64,000 bases of DNA, from NCBI GenBank assembly GCA_037927135.1, contig JAXSPP010000001.1:96001-160000 (forward strand), read 5' to 3'. A program made the translations under genes and the position numbers. This DNA comes from Candidatus Pampinifervens sinense. Lineage in GTDB: Bacteria; Aquificota; Aquificia; Aquificales; Aquificaceae. The notes under the pieces were generated by a model. It had not been told where the DNA came from. It saw nothing but the letters and a program-made list of their open reading frames with translations, and searched no databases. Below are positions 1-9,617 of the stretch, piece by piece (the stretch's first letter is position 1; the number at the start of each line of letters is the position of its first letter).

Positions 1-1010
1 GCCTTGATGTAAAAACTGGAGCCATAAGGGCAATGGTGGGAGGCTACTCCTATCTTAGAAGTACCTTCAACAGAGCCGTGTATGCCAAACGCCAGCCCGG
101 TTCTGCCATAAAGCCCATCATATACCTTGCCGCACTTATGAAGGGCTATACCCAAGCCACTCTTATAGATGCTAGTCCAAGGAGCTTTTATGATCCTTCT
201 ACTGGCAAGGAATGGACGCCAGACAATTACGAAGGTGCGGAGTATGGAAAGGTGACCCTAAGGACAGCCCTGGCCAAGAGTATAAACACGGCTACGGTGA
301 ACCTCCTTGCAGATATAGGCTTTGATTTACCTATAGAGATAGGGAGGCTTTTGGGAATTGAGCTAAAGCCCTATTATTCTATGGCCCTTGGCAGTATTGA
401 GGTCACACCCTTACAGCTCACCTCAGCCTATCAGGCCTTTGCTAATCTTGGTGTTTGGTGTAAGCCTTACTTTATAAGAAAGATAGTAGCTCCTGATGGG
501 TCCATACTGGAGGAAAGCTCCCCTCAATGCCAGCAGGTCCTTCCACCTCAAGAGACGAGGGTTTTGGTTGATATGCTAAGGGCTGTGGTGCTAGAGGGCA
601 CAGGTGTAGCCGCGAGCTCACTGCAAAGGATAGTGGCTGGAAAGACTGGCACCACAAACGATTATATGGACGCATGGTTTGTAGGCTTTTCTCCAGACAT
701 TGTGGCTGGTGTCTGGGTGGGCTTTGATATAAAGAGGAGCATGGGTAAGGGTATGGCTGGAGCAAGGGTGGCCTTGCCCATATGGATAGACTACATGTCT
801 GTAGCCAGCTACATGTATCCATATAGAGATTTTCCCATTCCCGATGGTGTAGTGGTGGTAAATTGTCCACAGCCTATGCTCTTTGTGGCGGGCACAGAAG
901 GTGTGTGCAAAGGAGAGGAAGAACCCACTCAGAGCAATGAGCTGGAAGGTATAGTGGACCCTAAATACTTAAAAAGGGAAGAAGGGCCAAAGGTGAAGGA
1001 GGTTCCCTAA
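1..1010 (+). CDS. Penicillin-binding protein 1A family, C-terminal transpeptidase part (5' end lies outside the window)
   Basis: RQPGSAIKP (SxxK), SIN (SxN) and KTGT motifs; frame open to the window edge. Confidence 0.9.
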   Translation, partial: LDVKTGAIRAMVGGYSYLRSTFNRAVYAKRQPGSAIKPIIYLAALMKGYTQATLIDASPRSFYDPSTGKEWTPDNYEGAEYGKVTLRTALAKSINTATVNLLADIGFDLPIEIGRLLGIELKPYYSMALGSIEVTPLQLTSAYQAFANLGVWCKPYFIRKIVAPDGSILEESSPQCQQVLPPQETRVLVDMLRAVVLEGTGVAASSLQRIVAGKTGTTNDYMDAWFVGFSPDIVAGVWVGFDIKRSMGKGMAGARVALPIWIDYMSVASYMYPYRDFPIPDGVVVVNCPQPMLFVAGTEGVCKGEEEPTQSNELEGIVDPKYLKREEGPKVKEVP

Positions 1011-1585
1011 TGAGGGAATTACTCCTGGAGAGCACCTTTATTAGTATAGATGTGGAGGCCACAGGCTTTGACCCATCAAGAGCGGACATTATTGAAATAG
1101 CCTGTGTAAGGGTAGAAGGGGGTATAATCACAGATACGTTCTCTACCCTTGTAAACCCGGGCTACCTTTTGCCAAAAAGGATAACGGAGCTCACGGGCAT
1201 CACAAACGCCATGCTAGTAGGAAAGCCAAAGATAGAAGAGGTCCTTCCTAAGTTTTTAAAATTTATTGGAGACAGCATTTTGGTAGCCCATAGAGTAGAA
1301 AAGGACATAGCTTTTATTGACAAGTATTACAGAAGGCTTTATGGCAAGAGGTTTAGACCTCCCCATATATGCACGCTAAGCCTGGCCAAAAACGTGCTTC
1401 CAAACTTAAGAAGGTATTCTCTTAAGGACCTTGCAGACCAGTTTGGCATAGAGTACAAAAGGGTTCATAGGGCCATGGATGACGCCCAGATAACAGCTTT
1501 GGTATTCCTTGAGCTTCTAAAAATACTTTGGCACAGGCTTGGCATAGGAGACTACCTTGAGGTAAAAAGGCTTTCAAAGGGGTAG
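1010..1585 (+). CDS. dnaQ: DEDDh 3'-5' exonuclease (DNA polymerase III epsilon-like)
   Basis: IDVEATG, VAH and HRAMDDA exonuclease motifs. Confidence 0.8.
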   Translation: MRELLLESTFISIDVEATGFDPSRADIIEIACVRVEGGIITDTFSTLVNPGYLLPKRITELTGITNAMLVGKPKIEEVLPKFLKFIGDSILVAHRVEKDIAFIDKYYRRLYGKRFRPPHICTLSLAKNVLPNLRRYSLKDLADQFGIEYKRVHRAMDDAQITALVFLELLKILWHRLGIGDYLEVKRLSKG

Positions 1586-2644
1586 TATGCTTTTAATCCT
1601 TTCCACAAGACTACCTCTTGTCTCCACTCCCTCATCCTTCAGTTCTTTTGCCAGCTTCTCCAAAAGACTTCTTAAGTTCCCGCTTACATTCTTTGGCACC
1701 TCTATGCGGAAGATTATTATGAGGTTGCCAGCACCGCTTGGTGTGGGAAAGCCCTTTCCCAGTATGGTCTTTGTGGATCCACATTCTGTACCCGGCTGGA
1801 CAAAAACCTCTATCTCCTCTCCACCAAGTCCTTTTACTCTAAGAGTGCCACCAAGCACGGCCATAGGGAAGGAGATGAACTTTTCCATGTATAGGTCCTT
1901 CCCAACCTTTCTAAAGACCTCATGAGGTTTTAAAACTACCCTCAAGTATAGGTCTCCCGGCTCACCACCCCTTTCTCCCATATGCCCAAAGCCAGGCACC
2001 TTTAAAACCTCACCTTCGTCCGTTCCGGGTGGTATGCTTACCCTCACTTTGCTCCTCTTTGCCACCCTTCCCCTTCCACCGCAGGTGGGACAAAGGTTCT
2101 TTATTATATAGCCCCTACCTTTACAAACAGAACAAGGCCTGGGAAAGTTAAATATACCGCTTACCCTCCTTCCAGTGCCTCCACAGGCGTGGCATGTGAT
2201 CCTTTCCATTTCTCCCCTGTAGCCCTTGCCTTCACAGTCTGGACAGTCTATCCACCTTTCATACTCTATCTCCTTCTCCGTTCCAAAGCCAGCCTCCTCA
2301 AGGGTCAATTCAAGCTTTAGCCTTATATCCTGGCCCCTCTTGGGCTTTGGTGCCCTCCTCATACCTTGCCATATGCTTTCAAGAAAGTCCTGAATATACT
2401 CCATAAAATCTCTGTATCTTTTTTCATCACCGCTCTGCAGTATGCGGTCATACTCTTGTCTTTTTTGTTCGTCTGAGAGAATGTGATAGGCCTCGTTTAT
2501 CTCTCTAAAGCGTTCTTTGGCCTGAGGGTCTGGGTTTATATCTGGGTGCCACTCTTTGGCAAGCCTTCTGTAGGCCTTTTTTATTTCTTCCTTTGTGGCA
2601 TTCCTGCTTACTCCAAGTATCTGGTAGTAGTCCTTTATGGGCAT
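1574..2644 (-). CDS. dnaJ: DnaJ chaperone
   Basis: J domain with HPD, four CxxCxGxG repeats, C-terminal domain; G/F region is short. Confidence 0.9.
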   Translation of the reverse strand: MPIKDYYQILGVSRNATKEEIKKAYRRLAKEWHPDINPDPQAKERFREINEAYHILSDEQKRQEYDRILQSGDEKRYRDFMEYIQDFLESIWQGMRRAPKPKRGQDIRLKLELTLEEAGFGTEKEIEYERWIDCPDCEGKGYRGEMERITCHACGGTGRRVSGIFNFPRPCSVCKGRGYIIKNLCPTCGGRGRVAKRSKVRVSIPPGTDEGEVLKVPGFGHMGERGGEPGDLYLRVVLKPHEVFRKVGKDLYMEKFISFPMAVLGGTLRVKGLGGEEIEVFVQPGTECGSTKTILGKGFPTPSGAGNLIIIFRIEVPKNVSGNLRSLLEKLAKELKDEGVETRGSLVERIKSILPL

Positions 2645-2674
2645 GGAATAAAAGTATATGTTAAAATTAAAACC

Positions 2675-3514
2675 ATGCCATTCATAATCCTAATACTGCT
2701 TTTAATGCCCCTTATATCCACAGCAAAGGAGCTTTTACTTGCTTCTACCTATCCCATATACTACCCCTTGAAGTATATAGCGGGAGAGAGGTTTGAGGTG
2801 GATGTGCTAATAAAGGGCCAATCGGACCCACACCACTATGAATTAAAGCCGGGAGACATAAAAAGGATACAAAAGGCAAAGGCCTTTTTCTACCTTGGAG
2901 TGGAAAGCTGGGAGAAAAGGTTGGCAAACAGACTTCCTAAGGGAAAGGCCTATTCCCTTGAAAGAAATATAAGCTTTATAAAAGTAGGCAACAGCCTTGA
3001 CCCACACCTTTGGCTATCACCAAGGGCCTATGCTCAACTTGTGGAGAATATAAAAAAGGCTTTAATTAGCATTGACCCTTCTGGTGCGGAAGAATACAGG
3101 AAAAAGTCTGAGGAGTTTATAAAGAATCTGAGGACCCTTGACGAAGAGTATAAAAAAACACTCTCTAAGTGCCAAAGTAGGACAGTGGTCATCACCCATC
3201 TTTCTGTGCTCTACCTTGGAAGGGATTATGGCCTTGAGGTTATAGGCCTGAGGGGCTTGCATGCGGAAGAGGAGCCAAAGCCTTCGGAGATAAGGAATAT
3301 GGTGGAAAGGATAAAGAGGGCAAAAGTCAAAACACTCTTTCACGAGCTTGGTTATGATGAGGCCTTGGCAAAAAGGATAGCCCAAGAGGTGGGGGCCAAG
3401 ATAGTTCCCTTTAACACCTCTCTTTTCCCAGAAAAGGCGCAGGATGACTATTTTTCCATAATGAAAAGGAATTTGGAAAGGCTTTCTGAGGGTCTGAGTT
3501 GTCCGACAAGGTAA
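2675..3514 (+). CDS. Zn/Mn ABC transporter substrate-binding protein (ZnuA-like)
   Basis: [14 protein letters not shown] and EEEPKPSE motifs; start moved to ATG 2675, which begins a signal peptide and avoids overlapping dnaJ. Confidence 0.85.
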   Translation: MPFIILILLLMPLISTAKELLLASTYPIYYPLKYIAGERFEVDVLIKGQSDPHHYELKPGDIKRIQKAKAFFYLGVESWEKRLANRLPKGKAYSLERNISFIKVGNSLDPHLWLSPRAYAQLVENIKKALISIDPSGAEEYRKKSEEFIKNLRTLDEEYKKTLSKCQSRTVVITHLSVLYLGRDYGLEVIGLRGLHAEEEPKPSEIRNMVERIKRAKVKTLFHELGYDEALAKRIAQEVGAKIVPFNTSLFPEKAQDDYFSIMKRNLERLSEGLSCPTR

Positions 3515-4173
3515 TAGAGGTAATAAACCTTAGCTTTAGGTATAAGAGGGATGAGCCACTTATAGAGAATCTGAGCTTTGAAGTAAAAAGGGGAGAGTTC
3601 TTTGGTATCCTTGGCCCTAACGGTGCTGGTAAAAGCACACTCCTTAGGCTCATCCTTGGCTTTTTAAAACCACAAAGTGGTGAGATCAGACTCTTTGGCC
3701 AAAGGCTTGAGAGCTTTTCTCAATGGCAAAGGGTGGGCTATGTGCCCCAAAGGTTTGCGGTAGAGAGGGCCTTTACGGGCAACGTGGAAGAATTGCTCAG
3801 AGCTTCTGCTCCAAAGGAGAAGGTAGGCTGGATAATAGCTTTTTTACACCTTGAAAACGTGCTCAAAAGGCCCTTTACAAAGCTCTCTGGCGGAGAACAG
3901 CAGAAGGTCTTGCTTGCTATGGCCCTTGCCACAAACCCAGACCTAATACTATTGGATGAGCCAATGACAGGGCTGGATATACACGCCCAAGAGCACATAG
4001 AGTATGTGCTAAAAGAGATAGCTAAAGACAGGACAGTGGTAGTAGTCTCTCACGACATTGGCTTTGTTTTGAGAAATGCCACCCAAATTTTATGCCTTGG
4101 TATGCCATTCTGCAAAGTAATCAGGCCCCAAGAGTTTGAAAGTTTGATTAGAGAACTCTACCGGTTGCATTAA
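3499..4173 (+). CDS. Metal ABC transporter ATP-binding protein (ZnuC-like)
   Basis: GPNGAGKS, GYVPQ, LSGGEQQ and LLDEP motifs; no permease gene adjacent. Confidence 0.85.
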   Translation: MSDKVIEVINLSFRYKRDEPLIENLSFEVKRGEFFGILGPNGAGKSTLLRLILGFLKPQSGEIRLFGQRLESFSQWQRVGYVPQRFAVERAFTGNVEELLRASAPKEKVGWIIAFLHLENVLKRPFTKLSGGEQQKVLLAMALATNPDLILLDEPMTGLDIHAQEHIEYVLKEIAKDRTVVVVSHDIGFVLRNATQILCLGMPFCKVIRPQEFESLIRELYRLH

Positions 4174-4185
4174 AATATAATCTCC

Positions 4186-4602
4186 ATGATAAAGTTTTTA
4201 ATCCTTCTTTTCCTTATATTCTCCTGCCAGCCCTTGCCTAAGGATGTGCCTTTGGAAAAGTATAGGAACCAGTTTATAGAAGGGCAGGTACTTTTGGATG
4301 AGGGCCTAAAAGACAAGGTGCCCAAGGGCGACTACTTCCTTATAATCTCTGTAAGGGACTTGGAGAATCCTATGCCCATAGCGGTTCTAAGGGTGAAAAA
4401 TCCTAAGCTTCCTTACCACTTTAAGATAACTGGCAAGCACAAGCTAAGCCATGATAGGATAATGGAGGGTCAAGTGTTGCTAACAGCACGTATAAGCCCT
4501 TCCGATAAGGCGGAGGTTCAAAAGGGAGACCTTATGGGCTTTGCCAATACCCTGGTGGGAACAAGGGGTGTAAAGATAATAGTAAATACAGAGGTGAAGT
4601 GA
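4186..4602 (+). CDS. Lipoprotein, resembles the CcmH/CycH C-terminal Ig-like domain
   Basis: Lipobox-like IFSC; PIAV..P..F, ARIS and GDL.G pattern. Confidence 0.45.
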   Translation: MIKFLILLFLIFSCQPLPKDVPLEKYRNQFIEGQVLLDEGLKDKVPKGDYFLIISVRDLENPMPIAVLRVKNPKLPYHFKITGKHKLSHDRIMEGQVLLTARISPSDKAEVQKGDLMGFANTLVGTRGVKIIVNTEVK

Positions 4603-5072
4603 TGGAGAGGTTGGTTAGATTCTTTGTGGAAAGAGGTAAGGCTATAGCTATACTTCCTGCTCTTAGCCTTTTTATAAGCGCCGTTTTCCTTGGCTTTTAC
4701 GGTGTTTACCTTTCCTTTGAAGCCATCTATAAGGTTTTTACAAGTCCAGAATATCTTGATACGGCTGTGCTTTCTACCAAGTTTATAGCCGTAATGGACA
4801 TACACCTACTTTCCGTTATCCTGTATATCTTTGCCGTAGGCCTCTATGAACTATTTGTGGGTAAGCTAAACGTGCCCGATTGGCTAAAGATTGAGAGCAT
4901 AGACCAGCTAAAAGCAAAACTGGCAAGTGTGGTCATTCTCATCCTTGCCATAACCTTCACCAAGAACGTGGTAAAGTGGAAAGAGCCTATGGAGACTCTC
5001 CTTTTTGGTGTGGCCATTGCTGTAGTGATAGGAGTGCTTATCTTTTATTATAAGGTGAAAGAAGAACACTGA
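4599..5072 (+). CDS. YqhA/UPF0114 family membrane protein
   Basis: Four TM segments; GLYELFV..L..PDWLKIESIDQLKAKL signature. Confidence 0.8.
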   Translation: MMERLVRFFVERGKAIAILPALSLFISAVFLGFYGVYLSFEAIYKVFTSPEYLDTAVLSTKFIAVMDIHLLSVILYIFAVGLYELFVGKLNVPDWLKIESIDQLKAKLASVVILILAITFTKNVVKWKEPMETLLFGVAIAVVIGVLIFYYKVKEEH

Positions 5073-6580
5073 TGGAAAGGAGCTTAAACCTAAGAGAGCT
5101 TACCATAATAAACGAAGTGGCCAAGATCTTGAGTAAAGGCTTTGAGTTTACTAAAAGCTTGGAAGAGCTTTTGAAGGTCCTATACTCCTTTTGGGATGTG
5201 AGGTATAGCTATGTGGCCCTATATTCGCCAGAGATAAAAGCCCTCAAGATAGTTAAAGCCTTTGGGCTAACGGAGGAGGAGGTAGAGAGGGGCATTTTTA
5301 GAAAGGGTGAGGGAGTGGTAGGAAAGGTCTATAAGGATGGTGTGCCCGTATTCCTTTCCGATATAAGGGTAAATGCCTACCTTAACAAAACGGGCTTGAG
5401 GGAAAGGCTTGAGGGTAATATGAGCTTTGTGGCTGTGCCTATTAGGTTGGGTGGGGAGCCCTTAGGTGTGCTTGCAGTGTTCAAAGACTTTGGCGAAGAG
5501 AGTGTAGAAAGGGGTGTGGAGCTTCTTATGATAGTGGGGACTATGATAGGTATGCTGTATAAGTTGGATGAGAAGATGAACCAAGAAAGGCAAGAGTGGG
5601 AGGAGGAAAGGAGACTCTTAACAAAGGCTTTGAGCGAAAGGTATAATGTGGAGGGCATAGTTGGTAAAAGCCTTGCCATAAGGAAGCTTCTTGACCTTAT
5701 AGAGAGGGTGGCGCAAACGGATGTTAACGTGCTTATCACAGGCGAGAGCGGAACGGGCAAAAGCCTTGTGGCAAAGGCCATACACTTTATGAGCAAAAGA
5801 AAGGAAAAGCCCTTTATAACCATAAACTGTAGCGCCATACCGGAGACCCTCCTTGAGGCAGAGCTCTTTGGCTATGAGAAGGGGTCCTTTACGGGAGCTT
5901 ACACTTCAAAGAAGGGCAAGTTTGAGCTGGCAAACGGTGGAACCATTTTCTTGGATGAGATAGGGGATATGCCCCTTTCCATACAGCCCAAAATACTCAG
6001 GGTAATACAGGACAAGGAGATAGAGCGGCTTGGAAGTGAAAAGACCATAAAGGTGGATGTGCGCATCATATCTGCAACAAACAAGGATTTGAGGGAGCTT
6101 GTATCTCAAGGACTATTCAGAGAGGACCTCTACTACAGGCTCAACGTGCTTCCCATACATATACCACCCCTCAGGGAAAGAAAGGAGGATATTCCTGTGC
6201 TTGTGGACCACTTCCTTGAGATATTCAACCAGAGGTATAACAAGAGGGTAAGGATCCATCCGAGGGTGATGGAGATCTTCATGGAGTATCCATGGTATGG
6301 AAACGTTAGGGAGTTGGAAAACACCATAGAGAGGCTTGTTATCTTAAAGGATGGTTTGATAAAGGAATCGGATCTGCCCTCTTACTTTTTTGCCAAGTTT
6401 GAATCTTGGGAACAGAAGAACATTCCTCAAATGATTGAGAACACAGAAAGGGAGGCCATTATAAGGGCTCTTGAGAAGACAGGTTATGTGAAATCTAGAG
6501 CGGCAAGGCTTCTTGGATACACCCTAAGACAGCTTGACTATAGAATAAGAAAGTACAAGATTGAAATAAAGAGGTATTGA
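5072..6580 (+). CDS. GAF-domain sigma54-dependent activator (NifA-like)
   Basis: N-terminal GAF, GESGTGKS, ELFGYEKGSFTGA, FLDEIGD, C-terminal Fis HTH. Confidence 0.9.
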   Translation: MERSLNLRELTIINEVAKILSKGFEFTKSLEELLKVLYSFWDVRYSYVALYSPEIKALKIVKAFGLTEEEVERGIFRKGEGVVGKVYKDGVPVFLSDIRVNAYLNKTGLRERLEGNMSFVAVPIRLGGEPLGVLAVFKDFGEESVERGVELLMIVGTMIGMLYKLDEKMNQERQEWEEERRLLTKALSERYNVEGIVGKSLAIRKLLDLIERVAQTDVNVLITGESGTGKSLVAKAIHFMSKRKEKPFITINCSAIPETLLEAELFGYEKGSFTGAYTSKKGKFELANGGTIFLDEIGDMPLSIQPKILRVIQDKEIERLGSEKTIKVDVRIISATNKDLRELVSQGLFREDLYYRLNVLPIHIPPLRERKEDIPVLVDHFLEIFNQRYNKRVRIHPRVMEIFMEYPWYGNVRELENTIERLVILKDGLIKESDLPSYFFAKFESWEQKNIPQMIENTEREAIIRALEKTGYVKSRAARLLGYTLRQLDYRIRKYKIEIKRY

Positions 6581-6581
6581 G

Positions 6582-7274
6582 GTGAAGGTAAGGATAAAGA
6601 GAAACCCTCCCGGAAGGGAGGAGTTTGAGATAGATGTAGAAAAGGACACTACCCTCCTTGAGGTCCTATACAAGATAAAGGAAGTAGACCCCACCCTCTC
6701 CTTTAGAAGCATGTGTAGGGCTGGCATATGCGGGACTTGTGCAGTAAAGCTAAACGGAAAGCCTGTGCTTGCATGCTCCACAAGGATATCGCCTTCGGAG
6801 GAAGAGGTCTTTATAGAACCCATTGATGGCTTCAGAGTCATAAGGGATCTTGTGGTGGACCACGAAGAGATGTATCTAAAGTTAAAGAGGTCAAAGGCTT
6901 GGCTATGCCCCTCCGAATCAGATGTAAGAGTTGATGAGAGGATAAACCTTAAAAGCTCAAGGAGTTGGGAGTGCATCCTGTGTGGCATATGCGACAGCGT
7001 CTGTCCTGTGCTCTCCACATCTTCCCTTTTTGGAGGACCTCTAATCTTGACAAGACTTTATAAACATCTCATAGACCCAAGGAACGCAAGCCAAGAGGCC
7101 ACCATAAAAACTTTACACTCTCTCAAGCCAGACCTTTGCACCCATTGTATGAACTGCTCTTATGCATGTCCCAAAAGGCTCATGCCTGAAGGCCTCATAA
7201 GAGAGGAGGAGAACCTTCTGGTGGAAAAGGGGCTTTTGCAAAGACAAACAGGTTTTGACTTCTTGAGCTTTTGA
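6582..7274 (+). CDS. Succinate dehydrogenase/fumarate reductase iron-sulfur subunit
   Basis: CRAGICGTC..C 2Fe-2S motif plus two CxxCxxCxxxCP motifs. Confidence 0.85.
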   Translation: MKVRIKRNPPGREEFEIDVEKDTTLLEVLYKIKEVDPTLSFRSMCRAGICGTCAVKLNGKPVLACSTRISPSEEEVFIEPIDGFRVIRDLVVDHEEMYLKLKRSKAWLCPSESDVRVDERINLKSSRSWECILCGICDSVCPVLSTSSLFGGPLILTRLYKHLIDPRNASQEATIKTLHSLKPDLCTHCMNCSYACPKRLMPEGLIREEENLLVEKGLLQRQTGFDFLSF

Positions 7275-7285
7275 AGGAGGAAAAC

Positions 7286-8290
7286 ATGAAAGAGTTTTTG
7301 GACCTTAAACTTTCAGACCTTGGAGTAGGCACATACCTTGGAGAACTTGACCAAAGGACCTCAGATGGCTACAAAGAGGTCATAAGGCTTGCCGTAAGGG
7401 AAGGGATAAATGTGATAGATACGGCCATAGTTTACAGGTATATGAAGAGTGAGAGGGATATAGGGGATGTGCTAAAAGAGATAGGAAGGGAAAGGGTAAT
7501 CCTTTCTACAAAGGGAGGATATATTCCCTACGATGTGGACTCTGGCGTGGACCCAAAGGACTACTTTTATGAGAACTTTGTAAACACAGGCATAGTAAAC
7601 CTCCAAGAGATGACGCCACAGGGTCATTACCTTTCGGCAAGGTTCATAAACTGGTGCTTGGAAAAGAGCCTAGAGAATATGAAGACTTCTTACATAGATG
7701 TGTATTTTCTTCACAATCCAGAGGAGCAGTTGAACTTTGTAAGCAGGGAAACATTTAACAGAAAGATAAGGGAGTGCTTTGAATACTTGGAAGAGGAGGT
7801 AAAAAGAGGTAGGATAAGATACTACGGCCTTGCCACCTGGTCTGGCTTTAGAGTGTCGCCAGCAAGCAGGCAATACCTTAACTTAAAAGAGCTTGTAAGC
7901 ATAGCAAAGGAGGTGGCTGGTGAGGACCACCACTTTAGGTTCATACAGCTCCCTTACAGCCTTGGCATGCCAGAGGCCTATACCCTTAAAAACCAAGAGG
8001 TAAATGGAGAAAAGCTTTCTACCATTGAGGCATGCCAGAGGCTTGGCCTTTATGTATATACGAGCGCCAGCATATACCAAGGTAGGGTGATAGGCAGGGT
8101 GCCAAGGGAGCTAAAGGAAAGGCTAAAGGTGGACAGCGATGTGCTGGCAAGCCTTCAGTTTGTGCTTAGCACGCCTGGTGTGGGCACAGCGCTTGTGGGT
8201 ATGAGTAAGGTAGATCATCTTAGAGAAAACCTAAGGATATTACACACTCCTAGGCTAAGTATTGAAGAGTTTATAAGCCTTTTTAAATAG
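7286..8290 (+). CDS. Aldo/keto reductase
   Basis: LGVGT, IDTA..Y, STKGG and YIDVYFLHNP motifs; SD GGAGG before ATG 7286. Confidence 0.85.
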   Translation: MKEFLDLKLSDLGVGTYLGELDQRTSDGYKEVIRLAVREGINVIDTAIVYRYMKSERDIGDVLKEIGRERVILSTKGGYIPYDVDSGVDPKDYFYENFVNTGIVNLQEMTPQGHYLSARFINWCLEKSLENMKTSYIDVYFLHNPEEQLNFVSRETFNRKIRECFEYLEEEVKRGRIRYYGLATWSGFRVSPASRQYLNLKELVSIAKEVAGEDHHFRFIQLPYSLGMPEAYTLKNQEVNGEKLSTIEACQRLGLYVYTSASIYQGRVIGRVPRELKERLKVDSDVLASLQFVLSTPGVGTALVGMSKVDHLRENLRILHTPRLSIEEFISLFK

Positions 8291-8415
8291 GTACAAAGTA
8301 GGCCAGATTTAGTTAAAGGGCTTTAGGATGTTTGCCCTGTGAAGATCTCTTGATTTGAGGTTGTATAAAAGAAGCAGTAACATTTAAGAAATAAGAAAAA
8401 AGAAGAAGATGGGCC

Positions 8416-9606
8416 ATGAGGGACTTTTTACTTTTTTTAGAAAAGAAGGATAAGTTTGCGGTGGGGCTCTTCAGGCAGTTCAACATTGAAGAAAGTCCAA
8501 ACAGGGTAGTCATCATCACCCCAACCCTTGAACAAAAAAGGTGGGTTATGGAGTATGTAAAGGCTAGACTTTCAGATTATGGAAAGGAGATCTTTGTTAA
8601 AGCTAGGGAGGAAGAAAGAAAGGAAAGCTTTGATTTTAAAGATGGATTACAGCAAAAGTATAGCTTTGAAAACTTTGTGGTTGGAAGGGCAAACGAATTG
8701 GCCTATAAGGTATGCCTTGAGGTCTCTTCCAATCCCGGTGCTTACAGCCCACTTTTTATCTACGGTGGAGTTGGCCTTGGAAAAACCCACCTTCTTCACG
8801 CCATAGGAAATAGGGCCAAATCCCTTGGCTATAAAGTCGCCTACAGACAGCTGAACGATTTTTCCGATGAGATGATAAAGAGTTTAAAGCAGGGTAAGAT
8901 GGAAGAGTTCAGGAGGCTGTACGCAAGCTTGGATATTTTGCTATTGGATGATGTACAGTTCCTTTCTGGTAAAGAGAGGACGCAGGTGGAGCTTTTTAGA
9001 ATCTTTGAAAGTCTTCAGGCAAGAGAAAAACAGATAGTCTTTGTGAGCGATAGGCATCCGAGGGACATGAAGGATGTTTCCGAAAGGCTTCTCAGCAGGT
9101 TTGCTAGCGGGCTTATACTGGAAATAGGTTTGGATGAGGACACAAAGCTGTCCATAGTTAAAAATAAGCTATTGCTCTTTGGACTTCCTTTGGACCAAAG
9201 GTACATAGATTATGTAATGGAAAACACTGGCTGGAGCGTAAGGGAGATAGAAGGCTTCATAAGGACATTAAAGCTTACGGGAATAAGGGAAGAGATAAAG
9301 GGAGGTGTGAAAAGGGAAGAGGAGCTCTTGGCCCTTATAGCCAAGCATTTTATGCTAAGCGTGGAGGATCTAAAGAAGGAGTCAAAGGAGAGGAAGATAA
9401 TAAGGGCAAGGCAGATAGCCATGTACTTTTGCAAAAAGCTACTTAGGATGAGCTACTCGGAGATAAGCAGGCTTTTTGGCAAATCTGATCATACATCAGC
9501 CCTTTATGCCATAAGGAAGGTGGAAGAAAAGAGGTACACCGACAAAAAGTTTGATTACATGCTTCAGGTTTTGGAAAAGAACCTAAGGAGGGTTATAAAG
9601 GAATAA
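8416..9606 (+). CDS. dnaA: Chromosomal replication initiator DnaA
   Basis: KYSFENFVVG, PLFIYGGVGLGKTHLL, LLLDDVQFL and domain IV ARQIAMY..DHTS. Confidence 0.92.
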   Translation: MRDFLLFLEKKDKFAVGLFRQFNIEESPNRVVIITPTLEQKRWVMEYVKARLSDYGKEIFVKAREEERKESFDFKDGLQQKYSFENFVVGRANELAYKVCLEVSSNPGAYSPLFIYGGVGLGKTHLLHAIGNRAKSLGYKVAYRQLNDFSDEMIKSLKQGKMEEFRRLYASLDILLLDDVQFLSGKERTQVELFRIFESLQAREKQIVFVSDRHPRDMKDVSERLLSRFASGLILEIGLDEDTKLSIVKNKLLLFGLPLDQRYIDYVMENTGWSVREIEGFIRTLKLTGIREEIKGGVKREEELLALIAKHFMLSVEDLKKESKERKIIRARQIAMYFCKKLLRMSYSEISRLFGKSDHTSALYAIRKVEEKRYTDKKFDYMLQVLEKNLRRVIKE

Positions 9607-9617
9607 ATTTTATACAA

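Noticed and set aside
2483-2674. Long N-terminal extensions in the ORF track (also 42069, 53752, 31274, 48829)
   Set aside because: They overlap divergent genes or promoters; downstream ATGs with an SD, a -10 box or stop-start coupling fit better
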